Shown one piece after another: positions 1-7,849 of a stretch of 64,000 nucleotides of DNA. Every line of letters starts with the position of its first letter. Position 1 is the stretch's first letter. The notes below the pieces were generated by a model that worked only from the letters and a program-made list of their open reading frames with translations, ran no database searches and was not told the origin of the DNA. Position numbers and translations under genes: made by a program. This DNA is from Escherichia phage BAU.Micro_ELP-22. The DNA lies in sequence record OR699282.2, one strand, 5' to 3'.

Positions 1-365
1 AGTAGGCAGAGGAAGTCTGCCGTACTTTGTAGTTTCCAAGCTCCTTTTCCATTTTTCAAATTACATCAAATGTAATCAAAAGTAATCACGCAATGATTAG
101 TACTGAATTATTACTTTCACCTTAATTTCAATTACCCCTTTACCCTTCGGGGTAAAATTCCATTACCCCTTGAGGCTCCAGCAAAAAGTTGGTTAGTACT
201 CCATCCTAAATCTCGATCCTAAAAATTTTGGAGTACCTATGAAATAAAAGTTGGATCTTCGAAAGTTGAAATTTACGTTGGGACGTTTATGATTTGTGGG
301 ATATAATGATGTTTGTAGTCGGGTAGTTCTCAAGAATATCAGTACTGAATGGTGAAAGAAAGTTA

Positions 366-393
366 TTGACATTATGATTCAGTACTGTATAAT
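366..393 (+). promoter_or_regulatory. sigma70-like promoter without downstream ORF
   Basis: TTGACA 366-371, 16-bp spacer with CAGTACTG, TATAAT 388-393. Confidence 0.45.
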
Positions 394-782
394 GTTCTAC
401 ATAGAGAGATGAGTTGCTGCGAACAATTCATTTACTCTACCTCCTGTCGTGAGACAGTACAGAAAAGATAGTTCCTCCTGTGGTGGTACATCTTTTTGAA
501 CCTCATATGAAAATCGTAATAACAGTACTGATATTAACAGAATGGTGTCAGTACTGATTTTAATCTAAATCATTATGCCACCAGCACAAGCTGGTGGATT
601 CCCTCTAACAGTATTCAGTACTACATGATAGTCTTCATCCTCCTAGGGTAACATAGTGAGGGCTATGATGGCAGTACTGAATACTCCCTTTCAAAAGATA
701 GATCTATGGTATAGTACTGACGGATTTTGGGTGTAGTTACCCTGGATGGATTTTGGGCGTAGATATGTCTAGCCCTCCAGAA

Positions 783-897
783 GTCTGGAAGTAAAGATGG
801 CTATCCATCTAGACGGCTAAACGGCTAGATTTCTGGATGGCTGGATGGCTAGACGTTTGGACGGCTAAACGGCTAGATGGTTACACGTCTGGAAGTA
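783..897. repeat. Short imperfect direct repeats
   Basis: ACGGCTAAACGGCTAGAT at 813-830 and 861-878; GTCTGGAAGTA at 783-793 and 887-897. Confidence 0.6.
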
Positions 898-1527
898 TAG
901 ACGGCTAAATCAAAATTTTATTTTGTTTTTTCCAATAGTTCCCCTACCGCGTGGGGATAGTTTCCCCGCAGTATCTGGTGTTAGATTTTTCTGAATCTGG
1001 AATCATTATCTTATAAACTGGGGGCAATGTCAACGACCTGGACGGATATTTTTAAAAATTTTTTCAGTACTGAATTTTGGGCGTAACTATGCACCCGGTG
1101 GGCTGGAGTCTTTCTCGACTTGATGGAACTATTATACAGTACTGGAAAAATAAAGCAATACCCTGGAAGCAAAAAAGTTTTAATTAATTTGCTTGCTATC
1201 CTGGGCCGGACTATGGTACTATAATTCAGTACTGAGAAAGTGCGTTTGCCTGCTAGGGTGCGGGAGTGTATCCTTTTTTTATATCTTGAATTTTGGGCGT
1301 AATTCCGCACCCTCTGGGGTTTCCGCTTTCTCGTGTCTATGTAGTAATTATACGCTTTTTCAGGATCAAGTCAATACCTAAAAACAAAATAATTGAAAAT
1401 AATTTAACGCGTTTAAACGGCCTGTAAAGCCCTGGAATGATTGGAATGGTGCAAATGTATAGCTTATGTGTATTAATGCGTTAGAATGCGTCTGAGGCCG
1501 TTTTTTGGGGTGTAGTAGTGATTTGGT

Positions 1528-1619
1528 TGATTCAGTACTGAATAATAGTACTCCTATATAGAAAGATAGTTCCCCTGGATTGATTCAGTACTGAATAATA
1601 GTACTCCTATATAGAAAGA
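1528..1619. repeat. Direct repeat, two copies of 39 bp
   Basis: TGATTCAGTACTGAATAATAGTACTCCTATATAGAAAGA at 1528-1566 and 1581-1619. Confidence 0.8.
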
Positions 1620-1645
1620 AAACTATTTTAAAAGTATTTGTAGAA

Positions 1646-1709
1646 AGTACTTGCACCGTACTGATAAAAGCGTATAATGTTTTACATCGAGAGCGGGAAC
1701 ACTTCCCGC
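1646..1709 (+). promoter_or_regulatory. Early promoter + stem-loop cassette (PeSL-like)
   Basis: AGTACT 1646-1651, -35 TTGCAC 1651-1656, -10 TATAAT 1673-1678, hairpin GCGGGAA-CAC-TTCCCGC 1693-1709. Confidence 0.7.
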
Positions 1710-1724
1710 TACACTTTAAAAGAG

Positions 1725-2096
1725 ATGAAAACGATGGCGACTCAAATCAATAAAATCATGCTTAACCTGGTAAACTTCCGCGATGAGATGAAAGGTCTTC
1801 CGGCTGAAACTGTAAAAATTCACATTGCAGCTTATCGGGAACTTATTGCAATGTTGCCGCTTAAGCGTGAACAATACGCCGCTACTTTGATGCTGGATTC
1901 AATGATCCATATAATGATCTCAAATGATTTGACGATGGTTTATCAGTATATGGGCGAAAATTTCGCGGTGTGTAGTAAGCCAGTACCAGGGATGGCAACA
2001 ACTGAGGAATTGCACGGCTTAAACTTAAAACAAGATGCATGGGATAATATGCCTCGTTTCCTGGTATGGGCTGACAGTGGCAAAATTTACAAATAA
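1725..2096 (+). CDS. hypothetical protein (123 aa)
   Basis: Track ORF 1677..2096 trimmed to first ATG after promoter/hairpin; SD-like AAGAG just upstream. Confidence 0.65.
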   Translation: MKTMATQINKIMLNLVNFRDEMKGLPAETVKIHIAAYRELIAMLPLKREQYAATLMLDSMIHIMISNDLTMVYQYMGENFAVCSKPVPGMATTEELHGLNLKQDAWDNMPRFLVWADSGKIYK

Positions 2097-2105
2097 GTTT
2101 AATAA

Positions 2106-2169
2106 AGTACTTGCATACTAAGTTAAAACAAGTATAATACTTTCTATCAGGTGGGGAATAGTTCCCCAC
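2106..2169 (+). promoter_or_regulatory. PeSL-like promoter cassette
   Basis: AGTACT 2106-2111, TTGCAT 2111-2116, TATAAT 2133-2138, hairpin GTGGGGAATAGTTCCCCAC 2151-2169. Confidence 0.7.
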
Positions 2170-2190
2170 TATAATTAAGAGATTAATTTT

Positions 2191-2424
2191 ATGAGTACTA
2201 TTTTAACTGTTTCTCAATCCGTTGCACTGACTGACCTATTAAACGCTTTAAGCCGTTGCACTGAGGTTGGCTTGTTTGATGTGGTTGACGTTGCACCGGA
2301 CGTTATTAATCATTTTTGTGATGCGATGGAAGAATGTAAGGAAGATGATAGCCGTATGATGGCGGTCGCCTTTGAGGAAGTACAGCCAGGTGAGATCAAA
2401 GGTTTACCAGTACTGAAAAAATAG
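2191..2424 (+). CDS. hypothetical protein (77 aa)
   Basis: ATG 2191 after SD-like AAGAG; downstream of PeSL 2106-2169. Confidence 0.7.
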   Translation: MSTILTVSQSVALTDLLNALSRCTEVGLFDVVDVAPDVINHFCDAMEECKEDDSRMMAVAFEEVQPGEIKGLPVLKK

Positions 2425-2486
2425 TACTTGCAAACTAAGTTTAAAAGCGTATAATGTTTTACATCAGGTGGGGAATAGTTCCCCAC
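2423..2486 (+). promoter_or_regulatory. PeSL-like promoter cassette
   Basis: AGTACT 2423-2428, TTGCAA 2428-2433, TATAAT 2450-2455, hairpin 2468-2486. Confidence 0.7.
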
Positions 2487-2506
2487 TATATAAGAGGATT
2501 AAAAAA

Positions 2507-2746
2507 ATGGCAAAATCAAAAATGTTCTTAGGTCACAAAAACAAAACTCATTGGAATGTAAGCCTGTGGATTAATAACGATGAGGGATTGTATCGGTTGG
2601 CCCTGGATTTTATTAACGACAACACTAATCGCAATGATGCGGCCCGTCATATGATGTTATTTTTAGAACAGACTGGACAAGATAAAACACCGGACGGATT
2701 CAAATATAGCACTACTGCGATCCGTGCGGCGATGGTTGGAATGTAA
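2507..2746 (+). CDS. hypothetical protein, early paralog family A (79 aa)
   Basis: Track ORF 2468 trimmed to ATG 2507 (SD AAGAGGA); paralog of 4620..4859 (GHKNKTHWNVSLWINN ... TPDGFKYSTTAIRAAMVGM). Confidence 0.7.
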   Translation: MAKSKMFLGHKNKTHWNVSLWINNDEGLYRLALDFINDNTNRNDAARHMMLFLEQTGQDKTPDGFKYSTTAIRAAMVGM

Positions 2747-2765
2747 TAGAATAGAATTTATTTAA

Positions 2766-2799
2766 AGTACTATCGCAAAAAATGATAGTACTTTATAAT
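2766..2799 (+). promoter_or_regulatory. Promoter-like site with AGTACT inverted repeat
   Basis: AGTACTATC...GATAGTACT inverted repeat 2766-2792, TATAAT 2794-2799; no clear -35. Confidence 0.45.
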
Positions 2800-2836
2800 A
2801 GTGTTTTATTCATACACCAACGATAAGGGCAACAGC

Positions 2837-3103
2837 ATGAATATTAAGTATTTTGCGACGCGTGAACAAGCTCGGATCGCCGCACGCCAGGACGGGGCAA
2901 CGTTTAAAGATATGGGCGTACAATCGGAACGTGGTAAACGTTGGGCCATTGTAAAGCGTAGTACCGCCAGATCATTACAGTACTGGTTAGCGGCCTTAAA
3001 AAGTCCCGATAGTGTATCGCGTCGAGTGGTAGAAATAAAGCTCGACCGAAAGGGCAACCGCGTGACCGTGTACCGTACTAAAAAGATTGCAGTACTTGAA
3101 TAA
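2837..3103 (+). CDS. hypothetical protein, early paralog family B (88 aa)
   Basis: Track ORF 2801 trimmed to ATG 2837; N-terminal YFATREQARIAAR..TFKDMG and C-terminal DRKGNRVTVY shared with 16025..16420. Confidence 0.65.
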   Translation: MNIKYFATREQARIAARQDGATFKDMGVQSERGKRWAIVKRSTARSLQYWLAALKSPDSVSRRVVEIKLDRKGNRVTVYRTKKIAVLE

Positions 3104-3105
3104 AA

Positions 3106-3169
3106 AGTACTTGCAAACTAAGTTTAAAAGCGTATAATGTTTTACATCGAGAGCGGGAACACTTCCCGC
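3106..3169 (+). promoter_or_regulatory. PeSL-like promoter cassette
   Basis: AGTACT 3106-3111, TTGCAA 3111-3116, TATAAT 3133-3138, hairpin GCGGGAACACTTCCCGC 3153-3169. Confidence 0.7.
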
Positions 3170-3190
3170 CTATAACCTGGAGTAATAAAA

Positions 3191-3421
3191 ATGACTAATA
3201 TGTATATGACTGAAGTTAAAACCGTAAAAGATACTACCACAAATAAAGTTACTTACTTACAGCGGATCTGTGGTGTATGGCAACGTATCAGCAAATCAAA
3301 GTACTTTAAATTAACATCATATGCAAACCGTTCGGATTCATTCAGTACTGAAATAAAAGGTAATAAAGTACACCAATATGGCACTTATTATTATTATAGC
3401 CTGGACGCGATTGCAGTATAA
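3191..3421 (+). CDS. hypothetical protein (76 aa)
   Basis: ATG 3191 with SD GGAG; follows PeSL. Confidence 0.7.
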   Translation: MTNMYMTEVKTVKDTTTNKVTYLQRICGVWQRISKSKYFKLTSYANRSDSFSTEIKGNKVHQYGTYYYYSLDAIAV

Positions 3422-3451
3422 GCAGTTTACAAATCTTTACAATTGCCGGTA

Positions 3452-3530
3452 TTGACTTATTTTGTCAGTACTGGCATAATGTATTCATTGGCAGATAAGC
3501 CGTAGCCCATAGGGTGCGGGAGTGTATCTA
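3452..3530 (+). repeat. Repeated intergenic element, type A (promoter-like + conserved GCCCAyAGGGTGC segment)
   Basis: TTGACT 3452-3457, CATAAT 3475-3480, then CATTG..AGATA..TAGCCCATAGGGTGCGGGAGTGTATCT; related copies at 10639, 14687, 17668, 19931. Confidence 0.6.
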
Positions 3531-3561
3531 TAGAAAAATTAGTTTAGTATAGTTACAATTG

Positions 3562-3625
3562 TGCACCCGGTGGGTTAGCTGTTGTCATGTGGTATATTAT
3601 GCCAGTACTTGATAATGCTGTCAAT
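3562..3625 (-). repeat. Repeated intergenic element, type B (minus-strand promoter-like + CTAACCCACCGGGTGC)
   Basis: Reverse complement reads TTGACA-17-CATAAT then ..CTAACCCACCGGGTGCAC; convergent with element at 3452-3530; similar to 5798-5869 and 12313-12388. Confidence 0.55.
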
Positions 3626-3665
3626 ACTTTTTTTTACTATTCAGTACTGAAAACTATTTTTAAAA

Positions 3666-3698
3666 AGTACTTGCAAACTATGTTTAAAGGCGTATAAT
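3666..3698 (+). promoter_or_regulatory. PeSL-type promoter driving a non-coding element
   Basis: AGTACT 3666-3671, TTGCAA 3671-3676, TATAAT 3693-3698. Confidence 0.65.
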
Positions 3699-3705
3699 GT
3701 TTTAC

Positions 3706-3780
3706 ATCAGGACGGGGAACGAAATAAGTAACTTCCCGTTAAGTAGCCCAGGAGTAAGGCACACGAAAAACTCCCCTGAT
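3706..3780 (+). ncRNA. Candidate small structured RNA (repeated about 75-nt element)
   Basis: Starts at predicted TSS; closing helix ATCAGG/CCTGAT plus internal helix ACGGGGAA/TTCCCGT; no ATG; second copy at 14831-14903 with substitutions and a 2-nt indel. Confidence 0.4.
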
Positions 3781-3788
3781 AAAATAGT

Positions 3789-3816
3789 TTGACAAATGTT
3801 TTTAAAAGCGTATAAT
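3789..3816 (+). promoter_or_regulatory. sigma70-like promoter
   Basis: TTGACA 3789-3794, 16-bp spacer, TATAAT 3811-3816. Confidence 0.6.
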
Positions 3817-3848
3817 ACTTACATCAACTACTGAATGAGGGTTACAAA

Positions 3849-4537
3849 ATGAAAACTATCACTACTACTACTTTCGTTATGGATTTTTCTGAATTGAACG
3901 CAGAACAAAAAACGTCAGCTATCGAACTGGTTCGGGAACGTGAAAAAAACTCAAACGACATTTTTCTGAATTGAACGCAGAACAAAAAACGTCAGCTATC
4001 GAACTGGTTCGGGAACGTGAAAAAAACTCAAACGACAATTATTTTTCTGAAAGTGAAATTGAATACTATAAAGAAACAGTACTACCGGAATATGGCATTA
4101 ATGACGCTGAAATACAATTCAGTGGTTTTTGGTCCCAGGGTGACGGTGCATCAATCAGTACTGACCACGTTGACGCAGTGAAGTTTTTACGCAAGGTAAG
4201 AGCATTAACTAAGTATCGCTCAATCCGTCACTTGCTGAATGAAGATGATTTGGCGATGAGTGTAAAGCGTTCGCACTCCCACTACTCGCATGAGAATACT
4301 GTAAGCGGGTACATTGAATCGGCTTACACTGATTTAACCGCAAAACAAGAAACGTTAGTTAATGAGCTTGAGGAACTACTCACTGAAACTATTCGTGAAT
4401 TGTCCCGCAAGTTGTACCGTGATTTAGAGAATGCATATGAGGATCAATTCACTACTGAAAACATTACGGCACTGATTGAGGGTAACGAGTATCAATTCAA
4501 TGTTATTGATGGCGTAGTGGAATCAATCGAATATTAA
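3849..4537 (+). pseudogene. Acidic hypothetical protein gene disrupted by a 77-bp perfect tandem duplication
   Basis: ATG 3849; units 3884-3960 and 3961-4037 identical; 77 is not a multiple of 3, so frame from 3849 stops at 3972-3974 and the remainder (3971..4537) lacks an ATG; removing one unit restores one ORF. Confidence 0.7.
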
Positions 4538-4544
4538 TTTAAAA

Positions 4545-4600
4545 AGTACTTGTTTAAAGGCGTATAATACTTTATATCGAGGCGGGGAGTGGTTCCCCGC
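4545..4600 (+). promoter_or_regulatory. Degenerate PeSL cassette (shortened spacer)
   Basis: AGTACT 4545-4550, TATAAT 4563-4568 but -35/-10 spacing collapsed relative to other copies; hairpin GCGGGGAGTGGTTCCCCGC 4582-4600. Confidence 0.4.
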
Positions 4601-4619
4601 TCAAACGAGGATTAAAAAA

Positions 4620-4859
4620 ATGGCTAGTACTAAAACTTACAACGGGCACAAAAACAAAACTCATTGGAATGTAAGCCTTTGGATTAATAACGGTGAGTCA
4701 TTGTATCGGCTTGCTCAAAGTTGCATCGCACAAAGTAGAACTAAAGATATTGCAGCGGAATGTATGTACCGCAGATTAAAAGCCAACGGTACTACTACAA
4801 CGCCGGACGGATTCAAATATAGCACTACTGCGATCCGTGCGGCGATGGTTGGAATGTAA
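4620..4859 (+). CDS. hypothetical protein, early paralog family A (79 aa)
   Basis: ATG 4620, SD GAGGA; paralog of 2507..2746. Confidence 0.7.
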   Translation: MASTKTYNGHKNKTHWNVSLWINNGESLYRLAQSCIAQSRTKDIAAECMYRRLKANGTTTTPDGFKYSTTAIRAAMVGM

Positions 4860-4916
4860 TATTCAGTACTGAGATAATGGCGGGTAATAGTTCCCGCCTT
4901 TACTGAGGGTTATCTA

Positions 4917-5204
4917 ATGAGTAAAGTAATAAAGTACAATGTGTTAAGCAAATCATTGTCTATCAGTGAATGCACCGATGGTTTTTGGATGTACGATGAA
5001 ACGCGTGGCATGAATTTAGCTATGCGTGCAAAAACTGCTGAGGCGGCGTATATTCAAGCACTGGAATACTACCAGGAACGTTTAAAGGAAGTAGAAGAAG
5101 ATTATAAAAGCCTCAAAGCGAAAGTAGATCATTTCGTCGGTCAATTCGTGGAAGACAACGACGAGGACGGGCACTACTGCGACCGTTGCGGATCTTACAG
5201 TTAA
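4917..5204 (+). CDS. hypothetical protein (95 aa), C-terminal Cys pair
   Basis: ATG 4917, SD GAGGG; start context CTGAGGGTTATCTAATGAGT repeated at next gene. Confidence 0.65.
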   Translation: MSKVIKYNVLSKSLSISECTDGFWMYDETRGMNLAMRAKTAEAAYIQALEYYQERLKEVEEDYKSLKAKVDHFVGQFVEDNDEDGHYCDRCGSYS

Positions 5205-5221
5205 GTACTGAGGATTATCTA

Positions 5222-5425
5222 ATGAGTGATTTAATCGACCGCATCAAAGAGCTTGAAGAAAAAGAATTGCAGTTGATCGGGTTACGGAATAAAGTATTCC
5301 ATGATTTAGGTGGCTTTATTAATGCCTGGGATAGTGGCGATCCTGATGCGTTACCTGCTAACCGCCAGGCGATGATCAATGATGTGCGTGGTGTCTTTGA
5401 GTATGTTTTAAAGCAATTAAATTAA
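5222..5425 (+). CDS. hypothetical protein (67 aa)
   Basis: Track ORF 5186 (TTG) trimmed to ATG 5222; SD GAGGA. Confidence 0.65.
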   Translation: MSDLIDRIKELEEKELQLIGLRNKVFHDLGGFINAWDSGDPDALPANRQAMINDVRGVFEYVLKQLN

Positions 5426-5428
5426 AAA

Positions 5429-5492
5429 AGTACTTGCAATTAGTTTTCAGTACTGTATAATGGTTTACATCAAAGGGAGAAATGGTTCTCCC
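5429..5492 (+). promoter_or_regulatory. PeSL-like promoter cassette
   Basis: AGTACT 5429-5434, TTGCAA 5434-5439, TATAAT 5456-5461, hairpin GGGAGAAATGGTTCTCCC 5475-5492. Confidence 0.7.
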
Positions 5493-5511
5493 TGGTAATG
5501 AGGAAAATAAA

Positions 5512-5733
5512 ATGGCAAATATCACTACTCTTTCCCAACTGGAAGCACTGGTTAAATCTATGCGGGAACATGCCGACAAAATCGGCGTACAAGATCCAGC
5601 CGTTTGCTTCTGCGACGAATTGAATGATGATACCCTGGTAATAGCAGAAGTCCAGGACGTTTCTAACTATTCCTCGCGTTACACTGGCGGCGTAGCAAAT
5701 AAAGGTGACTTCTGTTTATACCTTACAAAATAA
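5512..5733 (+). CDS. hypothetical protein (73 aa)
   Basis: Track ORF 5482 trimmed to ATG 5512; SD GAGGAA. Confidence 0.7.
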   Translation: MANITTLSQLEALVKSMREHADKIGVQDPAVCFCDELNDDTLVIAEVQDVSNYSSRYTGGVANKGDFCLYLTK

Positions 5734-5738
5734 CAACG

Positions 5739-5768
5739 CGGGGAGATAATAACTCCCCGTTACTTTTT
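5739..5768 (+). terminator. Rho-independent terminator
   Basis: Stem CGGGGAG/CTCCCCG 5739-5759 with loop ATAATAA, then TTACTTTTTC. Confidence 0.65.
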
Positions 5769-5797
5769 CAGTACTGAATCATTTAATAGACGGATCT

Positions 5798-5869
5798 CGG
5801 CACCCGGTGGGTTAGTGACTGTTTCGTCTTGATGTAGTAATTATGCCAGTACTGGATGCACTTGTCAAC
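5798..5869 (-). repeat. Repeated intergenic element, type B
   Basis: Reverse complement: TTGACA-17-CATAAT then ACATCAAGACGAAACAGTCACTAACCCACCGGGTGC. Confidence 0.55.
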
Positions 5870-5901
5870 AACTATTTTTCAAATACTTTTTATTAAAATA
5901 C

Positions 5902-5954
5902 TTGCTAATAGTTTTTAAACGCGTATAATGTTTTGCATAGGGGAGCGGTTCCCC
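5902..5954 (+). promoter_or_regulatory. PeSL-like promoter cassette
   Basis: TTGCTA 5902-5907, TATAAT 5924-5929, hairpin GGGGAGCGGTTCCCC 5940-5954. Confidence 0.65.
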
Positions 5955-5975
5955 TGGTAACTAAGGAATAAGAAA

Positions 5976-6212
5976 ATGCTTGAACAAATCAAATCAACGT
6001 CTGCTAATGTAACGGGAACGGTATCACACTTTATTGGTGATGAATCGCGGGGCGTTCCCTATTGTGCTGTACATGTAAACACTGAGGGTAACTACTGGTT
6101 TACGGTTTACGGATCATATTCATTTGGACGGCCAGGGCATCAAAAAATTCTGGATAAAGTACAGCCAACGGGTAAAAATATCACGGCTGAAATGTTTTAT
6201 AAAAAATCATAA
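5976..6212 (+). CDS. hypothetical protein (78 aa)
   Basis: ATG 5976, SD AAGGAA. Confidence 0.7.
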   Translation: MLEQIKSTSANVTGTVSHFIGDESRGVPYCAVHVNTEGNYWFTVYGSYSFGRPGHQKILDKVQPTGKNITAEMFYKKS

Positions 6213-6276
6213 AGTACTTGATAATAGTTTTTAGTACTGTATAATATTTTACATAGCACGGGGGAGCGGTTCCCCC
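6213..6276 (+). promoter_or_regulatory. PeSL-like promoter cassette
   Basis: AGTACT 6213-6218, TTGATA 6218-6223, TATAAT 6240-6245, hairpin GGGGGAGCGGTTCCCCC 6260-6276. Confidence 0.7.
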
Positions 6277-6296
6277 TGGTAACTAAGGATAATCAA

Positions 6297-6596
6297 ATGA
6301 AAATTGCAATCATCGCCCTGGCTTTATCTGTTTCCTCTTTCGCTGTTAATGCGTCGTTAGATGTGAGTAGTGAAAAATTCATTCAGTGCACTGTTGCGAT
6401 GACCAATGAAAGTACGGGCGAGATTGTTTTAAAGGATTTAGAGATCCAGCCACAAGCATTTAAAAACGGGCCGTTCCATGAAGAAGACGAAAACGGTAGC
6501 ACAACCATTTACTATGATGCCAGTACTAAACGCGGTTCGGTCACGGTTATGGATACTGAGAAAGTAACTCATACAGGCGTTATTAATTGCCGTTGA
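6297..6596 (+). CDS. small secreted/periplasmic protein (99 aa) with N-terminal signal peptide
   Basis: MKIAIIALALSVSSFAVNA-SLD: basic N-terminus, hydrophobic core, AxA-like cleavage motif; SD AAGGA. Confidence 0.65.
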   Translation: MKIAIIALALSVSSFAVNASLDVSSEKFIQCTVAMTNESTGEIVLKDLEIQPQAFKNGPFHEEDENGSTTIYYDASTKRGSVTVMDTEKVTHTGVINCR

Positions 6597-6617
6597 TTGA
6601 TACTACGGGGTAACATC

Positions 6618-6848
6618 ATGACAGCACGAATAGTTTTACTTAACGAAAGCAGTACTACACAACTACTTAACGCCGTGCATTATGATATTGAAACGAGCGT
6701 TAATCTTATCAGTACTGTCGTACTGTTGGACACTGGAAAGGTCGCCAATGATAAAGCGATTGCAGGTATACTAACGGATCTTGAGCCTGGTAGCAGTGCA
6801 CCAATAACGTTAAATGGTAAAGTGTTTAACATTTTACTTACTGATTAA
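6618..6848 (+). CDS. hypothetical protein (76 aa)
   Basis: Track ORF 6597 trimmed to ATG 6618 (GGGG upstream); immediately follows 6297..6596. Confidence 0.55.
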   Translation: MTARIVLLNESSTTQLLNAVHYDIETSVNLISTVVLLDTGKVANDKAIAGILTDLEPGSSAPITLNGKVFNILLTD

Positions 6849-6854
6849 GTACAT

Positions 6855-6883
6855 AGCCCACCTGGTGGGCTTTTTTGTTTTTG
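6855..6883 (+). terminator. Rho-independent terminator
   Basis: AGCCCACC..GGTGGGCT stem followed by TTTTTTGTTTTTG. Confidence 0.7.
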
Positions 6884-6930
6884 TAGTATCGTAGTACTGA
6901 GATACTTTGAAAATAGTTTTAAAAAAGTAG

Positions 6931-6958
6931 TTGACATTACCGCAGAAAAGCGTAGAAT
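6931..6958 (+). promoter_or_regulatory. sigma70-like promoter
   Basis: TTGACA 6931-6936, 16-bp spacer, TAGAAT 6953-6958. Confidence 0.6.
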
Positions 6959-6965
6959 GTATTAC

Positions 6966-7027
6966 ATCAAGACGGGGAGCACTAAGTAGACCGCCAGTAA
7001 GTCGAACGAAAAACTGGACACGTCGAG
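6966..7027 (+). ncRNA. Diverged third copy of the candidate structured RNA element
   Basis: ATCAAGACGGGGAGC..AAGTAG..CAGTAAG..ACGAAAAACT resembles 3706-3780 and 14831-14903; no ORF. Confidence 0.3.
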
Positions 7028-7081
7028 AAAACTTTGATACACTAATAAACGTAAACTAAACTTTAATTGAGGATTTATAAA

Positions 7082-7564
7082 ATGGCTAATGTAAAATCAT
7101 TCATCAAAGCACTGGTAGCAAATGAAACTAACGTCGCGGCTGAGATCCTGGCTGAACTGGATAACGATACCATGAAAGCGGTACGCAATAATTTTAACAT
7201 CGCGTACAGTACTGCGAAAGAACTACAAGCAAATAAAGCGGCAGAAATTGAAGCGGCAAAGGCGGCCCGTGAAGCAGAACTACAAGCAACAATCGAAAGT
7301 ATTCAGGCGGCAGTAGTTGGATTGGATCTGGAAGTAGTTACAGAGATGGCACAAAAAGCCCTGGCGGTTAAGTATGGGGAAGACAAGCCAGAAGTAAAAG
7401 CCAAAAAATGGATTCAGGAACGCGTAGCGGTAGTACTGGACAACGGGGAAGAATATCTGATTCCGGTGCGTGGTAACTGTATTGCGGTAGTACTGGACGC
7501 GATTAACTCCAGTGGTATGACTCGCGAGGAATGGATCGAAGCTCATCGCAAAGTTGAAGCATAA
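7082..7564 (+). CDS. hypothetical protein (160 aa), Ala/Glu-rich helical N-terminus
   Basis: Track ORF 7067 trimmed to ATG 7082, SD GAGGA; followed by strong terminator. Confidence 0.7.
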   Translation: MANVKSFIKALVANETNVAAEILAELDNDTMKAVRNNFNIAYSTAKELQANKAAEIEAAKAAREAELQATIESIQAAVVGLDLEVVTEMAQKALAVKYGEDKPEVKAKKWIQERVAVVLDNGEEYLIPVRGNCIAVVLDAINSSGMTREEWIEAHRKVEA

Positions 7565-7585
7565 CAATTAAAGTACTGAATCACT

Positions 7586-7613
7586 AGCCCACCTTAAACG
7601 GTGGGCTTTTTTG
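7586..7613 (+). terminator. Rho-independent terminator
   Basis: AGCCCACC-TTAAAC-GGTGGGCT then TTTTTTG. Confidence 0.8.
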
Positions 7614-7761
7614 TGTTTATCGTTTACCAGGCCACCAGCACCGCCTAGAAACGATTCTAACGCATTAAACTGATTATCTGATGCATTGCCCTAGCTGGTG
7701 GCGTTAAGGTCGTTGTAATGCGATTGAGAGCGTTTAAAGTATTTTGCAAAAAGTAATAAAA

Positions 7762-7822
7762 AGTACTTGCACGATTAAGAGATTAGCGTATAATGTTTTA
7801 CATCGAGAGGGGGAAACGGTTC
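7762..7822 (+). promoter_or_regulatory. PeSL-like promoter cassette
   Basis: AGTACT 7762-7767, TTGCAC 7767-7772, TATAAT 7789-7794, hairpin in GAGAGGGGGAAACGGTTCTCC. Confidence 0.65.
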
Positions 7823-7849
7823 TCCTTCCAAATCAAAGGAATCAAAACA

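Larger units (their letters stand above)
1..1676. other. Non-coding repeat- and promoter-rich region (no supported ORF)
   Basis: No ORF with RBS; many CAGTACTG motifs, repeated GATTTTGGGCGTA segments, several TTGACA/TATAAT-like sites, hairpins incl. TTTACCCTTCGGGGTAAA (UUCG loop) near 139-160. Confidence 0.6.

Noticed and set aside
1011-1381. Track ORFs 1011..1310 (-) and 1193..1381 (+) in the upstream region
   Set aside because: No RBS, overlapping each other and repeats or promoter-like sequence, low-complexity translation; region better explained as non-coding.
1677-1724. N-terminal extensions of track ORFs beginning MFYIE... or MGNSSP... (also 2468, 7793, 17777, 18675, 20513)
   Set aside because: These starts lie inside the -10 box (ATG of TATAATG) or the stem-loop; each true start is the downstream ATG with a Shine-Dalgarno site.
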